Shown here: in pieces, positions 1 to 9,674 of the stretch
Position numbering within the stretch: the first letter of the stretch is position 1
Layout of the letters: the number at the start of each line of letters is the position of its first letter
Source of the DNA: Chloroflexota bacterium
GTDB taxonomy: Bacteria; Chloroflexota; Dehalococcoidia; SM23-28-2; RBG-16-64-32
Length of the DNA: 64,000 bases
Direction: 5' to 3'
NCBI GenBank assembly: GCA_029262695.1
Contig: JAJCYV010000027.1
Location: 811-64,810 of the forward strand
The notes under the pieces: model-generated
Told to the model about the DNA's origin: nothing
What the model saw: the letters and a program-made list of their open reading frames with translations, nothing else
The model's database searches: none
Program-made: the position numbers and the translations under genes

Positions 1-93
1 GTGAGCGACACGTTCAACGCCGTGGCCTACTTCGATGGCGAGAAGCAGCCGGTGTCGACGGAAGTGCACGCCTCCTGCGAGGTGCCCCGGTGA
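1..93 (+). CDS. 3' end of an upstream gene running off the window (…EVHASCEVPR*), product unknown
   Basis: Open frame from the window edge to TGA at 91-93. The stop overlaps the GTG start of the next gene (GTGA), suggesting an operon junction. No family recognised. Confidence 0.3.
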   Translation: MSDTFNAVAYFDGEKQPVSTEVHASCEVPR

Positions 94-1013
94 CGCTGGC
101 GGCGCGATTAGACGGCTGGTGGCGGACGCCGGCTCCCGCGAAGCGCCTGGCCGTGCTGCGTCTGCTCGTTGGCGGCTTCGGCGTGGGCTATGTGGCGCTC
201 CGCGCGCCCAACTTCGTGAGCTACGCGAGCTTCGACGACTCGCAGTTCGCGCCTGTGGGCCTCGCCACGCTGCTCGATGGGCCGTTGCCGGGCGTCGTCC
301 TGCGTCTCCTGGTGGCGGCGACGCTTGTCGCCGGCGTGGCGTTCCTGGCCGGTTGGCGGTTTCGCGTCAGCGGGCCTGCCTTCGCGGTCCTGCTACTGGC
401 GCTGATGACGTACCGGAACGCCTGGGGCCAGGTGTTCCACACGGAGAACATTCTCGTGCTGCATGTCCTCGTGCTGGGGTTCTCGCCGGCGGCCGATTCG
501 CTCTCGCTGGACAGCCGCGGGCGTGAAGATCCGGGCGACGAGGCGCGTTACGGCTGGCCGGTCCGCTTGATGTGCATCATCACGGTGCTCACCTACTTCA
601 TCGCCGGCGAGACGAAGCTGCGGGTCGCGGGCCTCGACTGGATCACATCGGACTCGCTGCGGAACTTCGTCGCTTACGATAACCTGCGCAAGGTCGAACT
701 CGGCGACACGCACTCGGCGCTGGGTGGGTTGCTTGTCGGCCACCCGTGGCTATTCCCGCCGCTTGCTGTCCTCACGCTGGCTGTGGAGTTGGGAGCGCCC
801 CTGGCCCTGCTGGGCGGGCGGATCGCGCGGGTCTGGGCACTCCTTGCCTGGGGCTTCCACGTCGGCGTCCTGGCCGTGATGGCGATCATCTTCCCCTATC
901 CGCTGTTGGGCATCGCTTTCGCGCCGTTCTTCGCCGTCGAACGGTTGCCGCTCCGGCTGCCAGCGCGGCTGGCACGGCGGCTCGCACCGGGTTGGGCCGC
1001 ACGGCTGAGGTGA
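90..1013 (+). CDS. polytopic integral membrane protein, possibly HTTM-domain-like
   Basis: 307-aa ORF with a GTG start. Hydrophobic segments run throughout (LVGGFGVGYVAL, LRLLVAATLVAGVAFLAGW, CIITVLTYFIAG, VLAVMAIIFPYPLLGIAF). The N-terminal pattern LAVLRLLVGGFG resembles HTTM (vitamin-K-carboxylase-like) membrane domains. The family call is tentative. Confidence 0.55.
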   Translation: MTLAARLDGWWRTPAPAKRLAVLRLLVGGFGVGYVALRAPNFVSYASFDDSQFAPVGLATLLDGPLPGVVLRLLVAATLVAGVAFLAGWRFRVSGPAFAVLLLALMTYRNAWGQVFHTENILVLHVLVLGFSPAADSLSLDSRGREDPGDEARYGWPVRLMCIITVLTYFIAGETKLRVAGLDWITSDSLRNFVAYDNLRKVELGDTHSALGGLLVGHPWLFPPLAVLTLAVELGAPLALLGGRIARVWALLAWGFHVGVLAVMAIIFPYPLLGIAFAPFFAVERLPLRLPARLARRLAPGWAARLR

Positions 1014-1161
1014 CGCAACGTGTGGCGGCGGATGTGCGTCAACCTATTCGGAAACCGCCCCTATGCCCCTATTTCGTTCGTTGACCTGCCGCCGGAGACT
1101 CGGTTACACTCGCCGAGCCAATACTGGCGCACCCCGGACACGCCGTCCGAGATACGAGACC

Positions 1162-2784
1162 GTGCGAAGCGAATCTCGGCCACCCCTTATCCTGATAGCC
1201 CTCGCAGCGCTCGTCGCGGCCGTCGCCTTCCAGGCGAGCGGTCCATCGGCGGCTGAGGCGATCGACGTCGATCCGGTCATCTGGCAGCTCTCAAACGATT
1301 ACCCTGAGACGTTGCCCGGTGACATCACGTTGCCGATAAGCACGATCTACATCAAGACACACGACGCCGCCGACTGGATGTCGACGTACGACGACCACCC
1401 GGCCGCCGTCTCCGGCCCGGAGGCGATCCAGGACTTGATCGACATCTACGGCGCGCAGGGGATCGCGGTCGCCGCGTGGTTCGTGCCGAAGGGGACGGAC
1501 TACGACGCCCAGTTGCAACTGGCGATCCAAGTAATCGACTCCGGCGTCGTGGCGCTCTATGCGGACCTTGAGCCGTTCCCCGGGTTCTGCTTCCTGGAGT
1601 GCAAGGAGCTGGCCGAAAACTTCTGGAAGCCGCTCAGAGAGCAGCGGCCGGACGCGCACCTCGGCGTGATCTACGATCCGCGGCCCTGGTGGTGGGAGCA
1701 GTCCGCAACGGCGGAGTGGTTCTCGGTAGCGGACTCGGCGCTGCCGATGTGCTACTGGGAGAGCTACACGGGCCAGACGCCGTGGGGCGACCCTGCAGGT
1801 TGCGTAGTGCAGGCCTACGCTGACCTCTCGGTGCTCGCGCCCGACCGCGATCTAGCCTATCTGCCGATGCTCCAGGGGAACGCGACTGCGTCGCGCTTCG
1901 AGGAGGCCCTCGACGCCGCGGCAGGCGTCGGGTCGGACCGTGTGAGCGTCTGGCGACGCGGCGTCGTCGATACTGAGGTCTGGGAGCTGATCGATGACTA
2001 CTCGGAGCCGTCGTACACGAACTGCCGGCCGACGCTGGCGGACGGTTGCCTGTTCGAAGAGATGGCGACGGGATCGGCCTGGCTGATGCAGGCCGGCGGC
2101 CGCTTCTACGTAGGGGACTTCGGGTTGCTCCCGGCGCTCGGACTCACGCAGGATGACGTACAGCTCGTTGACGACGCTTTCCTTGCGGCGGTCCCGATCG
2201 GCCCGCCGGACGGCACGCTCGTCACGGACGAGGCCGGCCTCGACGTCTACGTGGTCTACGACGGAACTCGCTTCCGCATGAGCGAGGGTGATTACGCCGC
2301 GCTCGGACTCGATCCGGAGACGGTGGCAACGATTCCGCTTGGCCTGCTCGATCAAGTGCCGCTGACGCCGCCGGACTTCGCGCTGCTGAGCGAGGTCTCG
2401 TCCGCGGAGGAGTACCTGGTGCTGAGCGGCACGCTGATCCCGCTGGACGACGGTGTGTTTGCGGCGCTCGAAGCGCTTGGCCTCACCAGTGGTGTGCTGA
2501 ACGCTGTGCCGGACGGTGCGCTGGGGGACATCCCGGTGGCAGAGATTAGCCGCGGCGACGCCGACTGCAGCGGCGCCGTAGAGACGCTCGACGTGCTGCA
2601 GGTGCTCCAGCTCAGCTCCGGCCTGCCAAGTGGCGCGATCTGTCACCAGTCGGCGGACGTGAACTGTGACGGATTGCCGGCGAGCCTCGACGCGCTGCTG
2701 ATCCTCGTCTTCATTGCGGCCGGGGAATCGCCAGTGCTGCCCGGTGGCTGCGAGCCGATCGGCTCGCTCAGCCTGCTCGAGTAG
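1162..2784 (+). CDS. secreted protein: N-terminal domain of unknown function (possibly glycoside-hydrolase-like) plus C-terminal dockerin-like tandem repeat
   Basis: The six-frame ORF is 1063..2784. The likely true start is GTG 1162, which gives the signal peptide VRSESRPPLILIALAALVAAVAFQASGPSAAEA. The C-terminus carries two segments matching the dockerin Ca-loop pattern D-x-(N/D)-x-(D/S)-G…D, followed by a helix: DADCSGAVETLDVLQVLQL and DVNCDGLPASLDALLILVFIAAG. Confidence 0.65.
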   Translation: MRSESRPPLILIALAALVAAVAFQASGPSAAEAIDVDPVIWQLSNDYPETLPGDITLPISTIYIKTHDAADWMSTYDDHPAAVSGPEAIQDLIDIYGAQGIAVAAWFVPKGTDYDAQLQLAIQVIDSGVVALYADLEPFPGFCFLECKELAENFWKPLREQRPDAHLGVIYDPRPWWWEQSATAEWFSVADSALPMCYWESYTGQTPWGDPAGCVVQAYADLSVLAPDRDLAYLPMLQGNATASRFEEALDAAAGVGSDRVSVWRRGVVDTEVWELIDDYSEPSYTNCRPTLADGCLFEEMATGSAWLMQAGGRFYVGDFGLLPALGLTQDDVQLVDDAFLAAVPIGPPDGTLVTDEAGLDVYVVYDGTRFRMSEGDYAALGLDPETVATIPLGLLDQVPLTPPDFALLSEVSSAEEYLVLSGTLIPLDDGVFAALEALGLTSGVLNAVPDGALGDIPVAEISRGDADCSGAVETLDVLQVLQLSSGLPSGAICHQSADVNCDGLPASLDALLILVFIAAGESPVLPGGCEPIGSLSLLE

Positions 2785-2911
2785 CCGCGACGCCGCATCC
2801 CTTCCCCTGACTGCGACCCTCGTCGCAGGCGTTGCGGAAGCTTACCGTTTACGTTAGCGTCTACACCTACGGCGCTGACGGACCGAGAGGCGCCAACAGA
2901 GGGAGAGTGAG

Positions 2912-4159
2912 ATGGGACCAGAGCGCGTGGATTTCGGTATCTTCATGGCGCCCTTCCACCGAGAAGGGGAAAACCCAACGCTGGGGCTTCAGCGCAACCT
3001 GGAGCTAATCGAGGCGCTCGACCACCTTGGCTACGACGAGGCCTGGATCGGCGAGCACCACTCGGCGGGCTGGGAGACGATCGCCAGCCCCGAGATCTTC
3101 ATCGCCGCGGCCGCCGAACGGACGAAGCACATCCGCCTGGGGACCGGCGTTGTGAGTGTGCCCTACCACCACCCGTTCCACATCGCCGATCGCATGGTCC
3201 TGCTCGACCACCTGACGCGGGGCCGCGTGATGCTGGGCGTTGGCCCGGGTGCGCTGCCCGGAGACGCCTACATGCTCGGTATTCCGCCGACGACCCAGAG
3301 GCCGCGGATGGAAGAAGGGTTGGGCGTGATCATCCAGCTGATGACCTCGGACGAGCCCGTCAACTACAAGAGCGAATGGTTCGAACTGAACGACGCGAGG
3401 CTGCAGCTAAAGCCGTATCAGCGGCCGACGATGCCGATGGCCGTTGCGTCCACGTTGAGCCCGTCAGGGATGACGGCGGCCGGTAAGCACGGCGTCGGGG
3501 TGCTTTCCGTGGCGTCGTACTCGGAGCAGGGGCTGCAGGCGCTGACGACGCAGTGGGGCTTCTGCGAGGAGGCGGCCGCGAAGGCCGGCAAGCCCGCGCC
3601 CGACCGCAAGAACTGGCGCATCGTGATGCCGTTCCACCTCGCCGAGTCCAAGGAAGAGGCGATCGCCGACGTCGAAGCCGGCCTGATGAGCTGGAACAAC
3701 GACTACTTCGTGAACACGCTCGGCGCGCCGAACCAGTCGCCGGTCAGCTCCGGACGCGAGGCGATAGAGCGGTTGACCGGATTCGGCGGCGTCGTAGGCA
3801 CGCCGGACGAGGCGGTTGCCACGATCAAGAAGCTTCAGGAGGTCTCCGGCGGGTTCGGCTGCATCCTCGGGCTGGCGCACGAATGGGCGAACCGCGAGAA
3901 GACGCTCAAGAGCTACGAGCTAATGGCGCGCTACGTGATGCCGCAGGTGCAGGACACGGTCACCTGGATCGAGCGCTCGGCGCAGTGGGCGCGCGACAAC
4001 CAGGGCAGGCTGATGGGCGGCGCCACGCAGGCCGTCCTGCAGGCGATCGCCGACCACAACTCGGCGAAGGAGCAGGCTGACGAAGGCACGGGGTTCGCGC
4101 TTCCGGGCTCGGCGTCCAGCGCCGTGCCGGCAAAGGACGAAGAGAAGGCGTCGGGCTAA
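2912..4159 (+). CDS. LLM-class (luciferase-like) flavin-dependent oxidoreductase/monooxygenase
   Basis: 415 aa with a GGGAGAG RBS. The N-terminus FGIFMAPFH…LGYDEAWIGEHHS and …RLGTGVVSVPYHHP…GRVMLGVGPG are typical of the bacterial luciferase-like monooxygenase TIM-barrel family. Confidence 0.85.
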   Translation: MGPERVDFGIFMAPFHREGENPTLGLQRNLELIEALDHLGYDEAWIGEHHSAGWETIASPEIFIAAAAERTKHIRLGTGVVSVPYHHPFHIADRMVLLDHLTRGRVMLGVGPGALPGDAYMLGIPPTTQRPRMEEGLGVIIQLMTSDEPVNYKSEWFELNDARLQLKPYQRPTMPMAVASTLSPSGMTAAGKHGVGVLSVASYSEQGLQALTTQWGFCEEAAAKAGKPAPDRKNWRIVMPFHLAESKEEAIADVEAGLMSWNNDYFVNTLGAPNQSPVSSGREAIERLTGFGGVVGTPDEAVATIKKLQEVSGGFGCILGLAHEWANREKTLKSYELMARYVMPQVQDTVTWIERSAQWARDNQGRLMGGATQAVLQAIADHNSAKEQADEGTGFALPGSASSAVPAKDEEKASG

Positions 4160-4225
4160 CGTCCGGGGCCGCCGACACCTCTGTCGGACTCCCACGCACC
4201 CACGCGAAGGCCCTTCGAGGGCCCG

Positions 4226-5170
4226 CTATTCGAGGCGGCCTTCGACGTCGCGGAGGAAGCTCTCCAGCTCCGGTGACAGCTTCGAGTCTTCGACCGGGCC
4301 GTCTGCGGGGCGCTCGGCGTCGTAGGCCTCCTCCATCTCGGTGAGCCAGGTCTTGAGGCGCGCGTCGTCCGCCACGCTCTCGTTGATCGCCGTCGTCTGG
4401 CGCTCGCTCTGGCCGTGTAGCTGGTCGAGCTTGAGGCCGAGGCCGTACAGCTTGTCGAGGTAGCCCAGGAGCGCGTAGAGGCCGGTGTAGTCGCGCTCCA
4501 GCTGCGCGTAGGCCGGTAGCTGCAGGATCACGCCCGCCGAGATCATGCCCAGCTTCTCCGCCTCCGTCGTGATGCCCGCCAGGATCGTCGTCGGGCCCTC
4601 GTAGTTGCTCTCGCGGACGCCGGCTTCGCGCAGGCGCGCGAGCGTCGCCCCGTCGCTGGCGCCGCCGCTGGCGAGGGGCGGCCGCGTGTGCGGCACCGGT
4701 GCGTACATCGAGCCGATCAGCGTGTACTCGCGAACGTTCAGGTGGCGGCAGAGGTCGAGGATCCCCTGCGTGTACTCGTCGCCGTTGGCGTGCGGTTCGA
4801 GCGCGTGCAGGAGGAGCCAGTCGCGCTCGTCCTTGTCGCGGGCGTGGTGGAGGCGCGTGTTGGGGACGGAGACTTCGCGTTTGCCCTCGCGGCGGAAGAG
4901 GGTCGGGCGGTAGCGGGTGAAGTCGTAGAAGTAGCCGGGGCGCGTCAGTTCGCCGATGGGCTGGCCGCCGAACGTCTCCTCGAGGAACGTGAGCGCCATC
5001 GTGCCGACGGAGCCGACGTCCACCCAGGGTTGGAGCGCGACGAGCATGCGAGGCTCGCTCAGCGGCGGCACGTCGATAAGCTCGAAGGGCCCGACCTTTG
5101 TCACGCGGACATTGTCGCACAGGCGAGGATCGTTCGTGGTAGCCCGCTCATGGTGAGGCTCTCGAACCAT
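4226..5170 (-). CDS. PAC2 (proteasome assembly chaperone-like) family protein
   Basis: 314 aa. The motif PFELIDVPPLSEPRMLVALQPWVDVGSVGTMA matches the PAC2-family N-terminus (…LIAAFEGWNDAG…). The start is uncertain: ATG 5170 with an upstream GAAGG, or internal ATG 5047. Confidence 0.7.
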   Translation of the reverse strand: MVREPHHERATTNDPRLCDNVRVTKVGPFELIDVPPLSEPRMLVALQPWVDVGSVGTMALTFLEETFGGQPIGELTRPGYFYDFTRYRPTLFRREGKREVSVPNTRLHHARDKDERDWLLLHALEPHANGDEYTQGILDLCRHLNVREYTLIGSMYAPVPHTRPPLASGGASDGATLARLREAGVRESNYEGPTTILAGITTEAEKLGMISAGVILQLPAYAQLERDYTGLYALLGYLDKLYGLGLKLDQLHGQSERQTTAINESVADDARLKTWLTEMEEAYDAERPADGPVEDSKLSPELESFLRDVEGRLE

Positions 5171-5247
5171 GACCGTGACCTTCGGTGCTCCGCTCGCCCT
5201 TCGAGAGCCTCAGGACGAGCGGGGCGGTGCGTCCGGCTGGCTGGAGG

Positions 5248-6486
5248 CTACTTCAGCCCCACGCGCAGGTTCTCCAGGCCGCGGAGGGTGATCTGCGCGC
5301 GGTATTGCGGGCGCTCGTCGAGGAGGCGGGCGTTGGGGAAGCGCTGAACGAAGCTGCGCAAGGCGATCGCGCCCTCGATGCGGGCGAGCGGCTGGCCGAG
5401 GCAGTAGTGGATGCCGAAGCCGAATGCCAGGTGCCGGTCCGCGGCGGAGTCGCGCTCGCCGCGGGTGATGTCGAACGTGTTGGGGGCCTCGAAGTGCTCC
5501 GGGTCGCGGTTGGCCGCGCCGAGGAGCAACATGACGAACTCGCCTGGGTTGATCGTCACGCCGCCGACCTCGGCCTCCTTGACGCACACGCGTCCGTCGA
5601 ACTGAACGGGTGGGTCGAAGCGGAGGACCTCCTCGACGGCGTGCGGCGCAAGCTCTTCGGGCCGCTCCTGGAACTTCGCGAGCTGGTCCGGGTGGCGCAG
5701 CAGCTGGAGGATGCCGTTGCCGATGAGGTTCACGGTCGTTTCGTGGCCGGCGATCAGGATCATCGTGCAGGTGGAGAGCAGCTCGCGCTCCGATAGCTTG
5801 TCGCCCTCCTCCTCGGCGGTCAGCAGCGCCGAGAGGATGTCCGGCGGCCGTTCGTCGCCGCGTTTGGCGATCAGCTTGCGGAAGTACTCGCGCGAGTCGA
5901 AGACGGCCTGCTCGCGTTGTTTCTGCACCTCGATCGGCACGGTGGGGTCGGGGTCGAGGGAGCCGGCGAGGATGCGCGACCAGACGCGGAACTGCGGCTC
6001 GTCCTCACGCGGGACGCCGAGCATTTCGCAGATGACGCTGACGGGCAGCGGGTAGGCGAGATCGGCGATCGCGTCCATCTCTTCTTTGCCCTCGATGGCG
6101 TCGAGCAGTTCGTCGACGAGCTGCTGGATGCGCGGGCGCATCGATTCGAGGGCGCGCGGCGTGAACGCCAGGTTGACGAGGCGGCGCAGGCGCGTGTGGT
6201 CGGGCGGGTCCATGAACAGGAACGGGCGGTCTTCCTCGCTGACGATCGAGTCGGTGCCCGAGTTCCGCTCCGGCGCGACGCCGCCAGCGTTGCGGTCATC
6301 GCTGCTGAAGCGCTTGTGGTCGCGGAGGATCGCGGTGCAATCGGTGAGGCGGGAGAAGGCCTTCACGCCGAAAGGTGTGATGTGCACAGGGTCTTCGCGC
6401 ACGAGACGGCTGTAGAGCGGGTACGGGTCCTGGCGGAAGGCAGGATCGAGTGGGTTGAAGACGATCGGTTGCTGTTCAGTGGTCAT
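5248..6486 (-). CDS. cytochrome P450
   Basis: Heme-binding loop FGFGIHYCLGQPLA (FxxGxHxCxG), the ETLR-type motif (EEVLRF) and the AGHETT I-helix are present. The six-frame ORF extends to 6507. The preferred start is ATG 6486 (MTTEQQP), preceded by GGAGGG. Confidence 0.9.
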   Translation of the reverse strand: MTTEQQPIVFNPLDPAFRQDPYPLYSRLVREDPVHITPFGVKAFSRLTDCTAILRDHKRFSSDDRNAGGVAPERNSGTDSIVSEEDRPFLFMDPPDHTRLRRLVNLAFTPRALESMRPRIQQLVDELLDAIEGKEEMDAIADLAYPLPVSVICEMLGVPREDEPQFRVWSRILAGSLDPDPTVPIEVQKQREQAVFDSREYFRKLIAKRGDERPPDILSALLTAEEEGDKLSERELLSTCTMILIAGHETTVNLIGNGILQLLRHPDQLAKFQERPEELAPHAVEEVLRFDPPVQFDGRVCVKEAEVGGVTINPGEFVMLLLGAANRDPEHFEAPNTFDITRGERDSAADRHLAFGFGIHYCLGQPLARIEGAIALRSFVQRFPNARLLDERPQYRAQITLRGLENLRVGLK

Positions 6487-6598
6487 GCGAGTCCCTCCGG
6501 CGTTCATTCGGCCATTTCAGGGATTATCGCACAGGCGCAGGCCGTTGCTGTGATGGGAGTCACATGCTGAGGCTGGAGGCGCGGCGGGGTGTGAGCGC

Positions 6599-8134
6599 CT
6601 AGATGCCGTTGGCGATCTTGGGGTCGAGGCCGGGGAAGGAAGCGAGGCACTCGCGGCGCTCTTTCTTGCGCTGCTGCACGCGTCTCTCGTACTCTTCCGT
6701 GCGGCCGAGGCGCTCGAAGGCGAGTCTGGGGTGGGCCATCTCATCGTCGAGGCCGGGCAGGCTCTTCGGGACCTCGTAGCCGAAGTCCGGGTCCTGCTCC
6801 CACTCGGCGCCGCCCTCGGCGATCGCCGTCAGGCAGATACTGGAGTCGGCGACCTTGATCTTCTTCGACTCGTCGCCCTCGTGCTCGATCACCCAGCCGG
6901 TGTTCATCAGGTAGCAGGCGATCGGGTGCGACTGGAGCAGTTCGTGGAAGCGGTTGCCCTGCTTCTCGTGCGACATCGGGAAGAACGGGTTCGTGCCGGG
7001 GATACGCAGGGCCTTGCCGGCCTCCTTCTTGCCGCCGGCGCTCGTCCCGGTCGTCTCGCCGAGCATGAAGTAGGCGGCGGCCTGCTCCTGCGAGAGCCTG
7101 GCCAGTGCGGGCACGATTCCCTGGTCGCGGTTCAGGATCACGATCGAGGACACGGGCGGGATGTTGCGGGCGTCCTCGAAGCGTCCCAGCGCCTTCAGGG
7201 GGAAGACGGCGCGGCCGTTCTGTGTGTAGGACTCGTTGAAGAAATCTGGGTTGCCGTCGTCGTCGATGTAAACGTTCTCGAGGTACGAGATGGCGCTCGT
7301 GACGGCGGCGTGGATCTCTGGCTCGTGCTCTGGTGAGAGGGCGAAGGTCTTGGCGAAGCAGCCGTTCTCTGAGCCGTGGATGACGCCGCCGGGCATGAGA
7401 GCGATGAAGTCGTCCTGGACGGGCTTCGATTTGCCCTGCCGGCGGAACGTCGACGTGGTCTTGCCGGTGCCGGAGAGGCCGATGATGGCGATCGTCTTGG
7501 GGCCGTCGGCCGTCTGTACGACTTTGCAGCCGGCGTGCATCGCCAGGCCGCCCTTGTCGTAGACGATTTTGTTCCACATCCTCAGACCGCCCTTCTTCGA
7601 TTCGCCGAAGTAGTCGGAGTTGAGGACGCGGGTGACGCCGTTGTCCAGGTCGACGGCGATGCAGCGGTCGTCGGGGTATCCCTCCGCGACGAGGTTCGGA
7701 GTGTCGATGACGGTGACTTCCGGCTCGCCGCTCTTGCGCTGGAAGTAGAGGAACTTCTGCATGCCGGCGACGTTGGCGTTGCGGCGTTCGATGATCAGCC
7801 GGGCGGCGGTCTGGACCTCCGGCGAGTTGGAGATGTTGCCGTCGATGACGATCATCTCCTGGCCGCGAATGTATTCGTTCTGCAGGTCCGCGACTCGCTG
7901 GTACTCTGCGCGCGACATGGTCTGCACGCCGCGGAAGTCCTCGGGGTTATCGGTGACGATGTAAGTGGAGCCGGCGGAGCGGGCGACGACGCGCGTAGAC
8001 ACGTCGAGGTTTCCGAGCACAGTGTGATGCGCGGTGTCCATCTCAGCGGTGAGTTTGCGGAGATCCTTGTGCGAGGGGTTGTCGAGGATCGCCGCAGCTT
8101 CGATAGCGTATGTCGATTGCTTGATTGAAACCAT
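6599..8134 (-). CDS. pckA: phosphoenolpyruvate carboxykinase (ATP)
   Basis: 511 aa. Kinase-1a/P-loop IIGLSGTGKTTST is present, with overall PEPCK-ATP length and motifs. An AGGAA RBS precedes ATG 8134. Confidence 0.9.
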   Translation of the reverse strand: MVSIKQSTYAIEAAAILDNPSHKDLRKLTAEMDTAHHTVLGNLDVSTRVVARSAGSTYIVTDNPEDFRGVQTMSRAEYQRVADLQNEYIRGQEMIVIDGNISNSPEVQTAARLIIERRNANVAGMQKFLYFQRKSGEPEVTVIDTPNLVAEGYPDDRCIAVDLDNGVTRVLNSDYFGESKKGGLRMWNKIVYDKGGLAMHAGCKVVQTADGPKTIAIIGLSGTGKTTSTFRRQGKSKPVQDDFIALMPGGVIHGSENGCFAKTFALSPEHEPEIHAAVTSAISYLENVYIDDDGNPDFFNESYTQNGRAVFPLKALGRFEDARNIPPVSSIVILNRDQGIVPALARLSQEQAAAYFMLGETTGTSAGGKKEAGKALRIPGTNPFFPMSHEKQGNRFHELLQSHPIACYLMNTGWVIEHEGDESKKIKVADSSICLTAIAEGGAEWEQDPDFGYEVPKSLPGLDDEMAHPRLAFERLGRTEEYERRVQQRKKERRECLASFPGLDPKIANGI

Positions 8135-8306
8135 CTATCGTTCCTGTGCCCTTATGGTAACGAGGTTAATACCTCGTGTGCCTGGTGACAACAGCCATCG
8201 GGGCTTATTTCCATGCCAATCGCCAAATTGCGGTCCTAAATGAGAGACGCGCTGGCTGGTTTAGCCGTTGCCTGCCTGATTCGCCGAGTTTCGGCCGTCG
8301 CCTCGT

Positions 8307-9578
8307 TCAGGACAGCTCCTTTAGACGGGCTTCAGCGTCGCGGATGGCGGCTTTGAAGGCGCCCCGCGCCATCAGCGAGCGTTCTTCGGCGGCGCGCGCT
8401 GTGAACAGGTCTCGCCAGAGCTCCCACGCCTCTTTGTTGCCGGGCTCGCCCTTGCGCACGAAGTCGACGAGGTGGCAGGCGATCTGCAGGTCGCCGTCAT
8501 CGCGTGCCTTGCGCGCCCGGTCGAGGATTGGCGCTGCGCCCGTCGCGCCGATGAGGACGGCGGCGACGTCGTGGCTGTGGGCCGGGAGCATGTCGGCGGC
8601 GTCGCCGTTCCACCAGCCGCCGTATAGGCGGTGGACGTTGCGCGCGATGAACTCGGGGTGGTCGTAGATCGGCTGTAGCCAGGGCTTGTCCGTTGACGGC
8701 CAGTCCATGTCGCGGATGATGTCTTCCAGCCACTTTCCGTCGTTCATGCCGGCGACGACCTGGTCGTGGACCGAGCGCAACAGATGCGCTGTCGAAAGGA
8801 GCGCTTCTTCGATCGTTCCCTCGTCGGAGATTGCGGGGCCGTGGCCTGGCAGGAGGTGCAGCGGCTTCCTGGCGGCCATCTTCTCAAGCGCATCGGCCCA
8901 GTCCCTGGCGTAGCGCTGGACCTTGTACGGGTTGCCGGCGTTGGGCGAGCACCAGACGAAGGTGTCGCCCGTGCAGAGGACGCGGTTGTCCGGGCACCAG
9001 ACCCAGGTCTCGTCGTCTGTTTCGCCGCGGGCGTGGTGCAGTTCGAACGTCATGCCGCCAACGCGCGTCTCCATGCCCTGGTCGTAGGTGACGTCGGGGT
9101 AGGTGAGCGCGGCGTTCGTGAACGGCTTCGCGTCTGGCGGCAGGTTGAACTGGATCGTGTTGATGTGGTCGTTGTGTGCGGCCGTCAGCCGGTAACGGTC
9201 GAAGCGCGGCGCGATGTCGCGGTGGCCGACGATGCGAGGCCGTCGGTCGCCGCGCTCGGCCGCCTCGGCGATGATCGCATCGGCGCCCGTGACGTGGTCG
9301 ACGTGGCCGTGCGTGTAGACGACGGCCTCCACCGGCGCTTTCGAGTAGTTGTCGCGGAGATCTTGCAGCACGCGCCCGGTGAACCGCTCCTGAGACGTGT
9401 CGACGAGCACCACGCCATCGTCTCCGGTAAACGCCGTGACGTTGGCGAACGACGAGAGGAACACTGCCCCCTCGGCGACTTGCTTCGAAGGTCCGAGGTA
9501 GAAAAACGCGGCCTGCTCTGCTGGCAGGTCGCGGGCGGACGCGAGGTCGATCGGCTGGTTCTGGGACTTCTGTGTCAT
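8307..9578 (-). CDS. MBL-fold metallo-hydrolase, alkyl/aryl-sulfatase-like
   Basis: 423 aa. The HxHxDH motif is VYTHGHVDHVTGA. The C-terminal helical region resembles the dimerisation domain of SdsA1/BDS1-type sulfatases, but no SCP2 domain is present. A GGAGGG RBS is present. Confidence 0.75.
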   Translation of the reverse strand: MTQKSQNQPIDLASARDLPAEQAAFFYLGPSKQVAEGAVFLSSFANVTAFTGDDGVVLVDTSQERFTGRVLQDLRDNYSKAPVEAVVYTHGHVDHVTGADAIIAEAAERGDRRPRIVGHRDIAPRFDRYRLTAAHNDHINTIQFNLPPDAKPFTNAALTYPDVTYDQGMETRVGGMTFELHHARGETDDETWVWCPDNRVLCTGDTFVWCSPNAGNPYKVQRYARDWADALEKMAARKPLHLLPGHGPAISDEGTIEEALLSTAHLLRSVHDQVVAGMNDGKWLEDIIRDMDWPSTDKPWLQPIYDHPEFIARNVHRLYGGWWNGDAADMLPAHSHDVAAVLIGATGAAPILDRARKARDDGDLQIACHLVDFVRKGEPGNKEAWELWRDLFTARAAEERSLMARGAFKAAIRDAEARLKELS

Positions 9579-9674
9579 TCGGGGTACCCTCCGCTATCTG
9601 GAATGGCGCAAGTATATCGCGGCGAGGCGCCTCGGCGTTTTCTCGGGACGCTGTGGCCTGCGATAATCGAACGA

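Noticed and set aside
3960-5120. 386-aa Arg/Pro-rich ORF on the minus strand
   Set aside because: Extreme R/P/A composition, typical of an out-of-frame reading of high-GC DNA. It overlaps the well-supported PAC2-family gene and has no motifs.
8766-9674. Upstream two-thirds of the 546-aa ORF 8766..10406
   Set aside because: Antisense to the MBL-fold hydrolase gene. The only convincing protein is the lipoprotein starting at ATG 9675.
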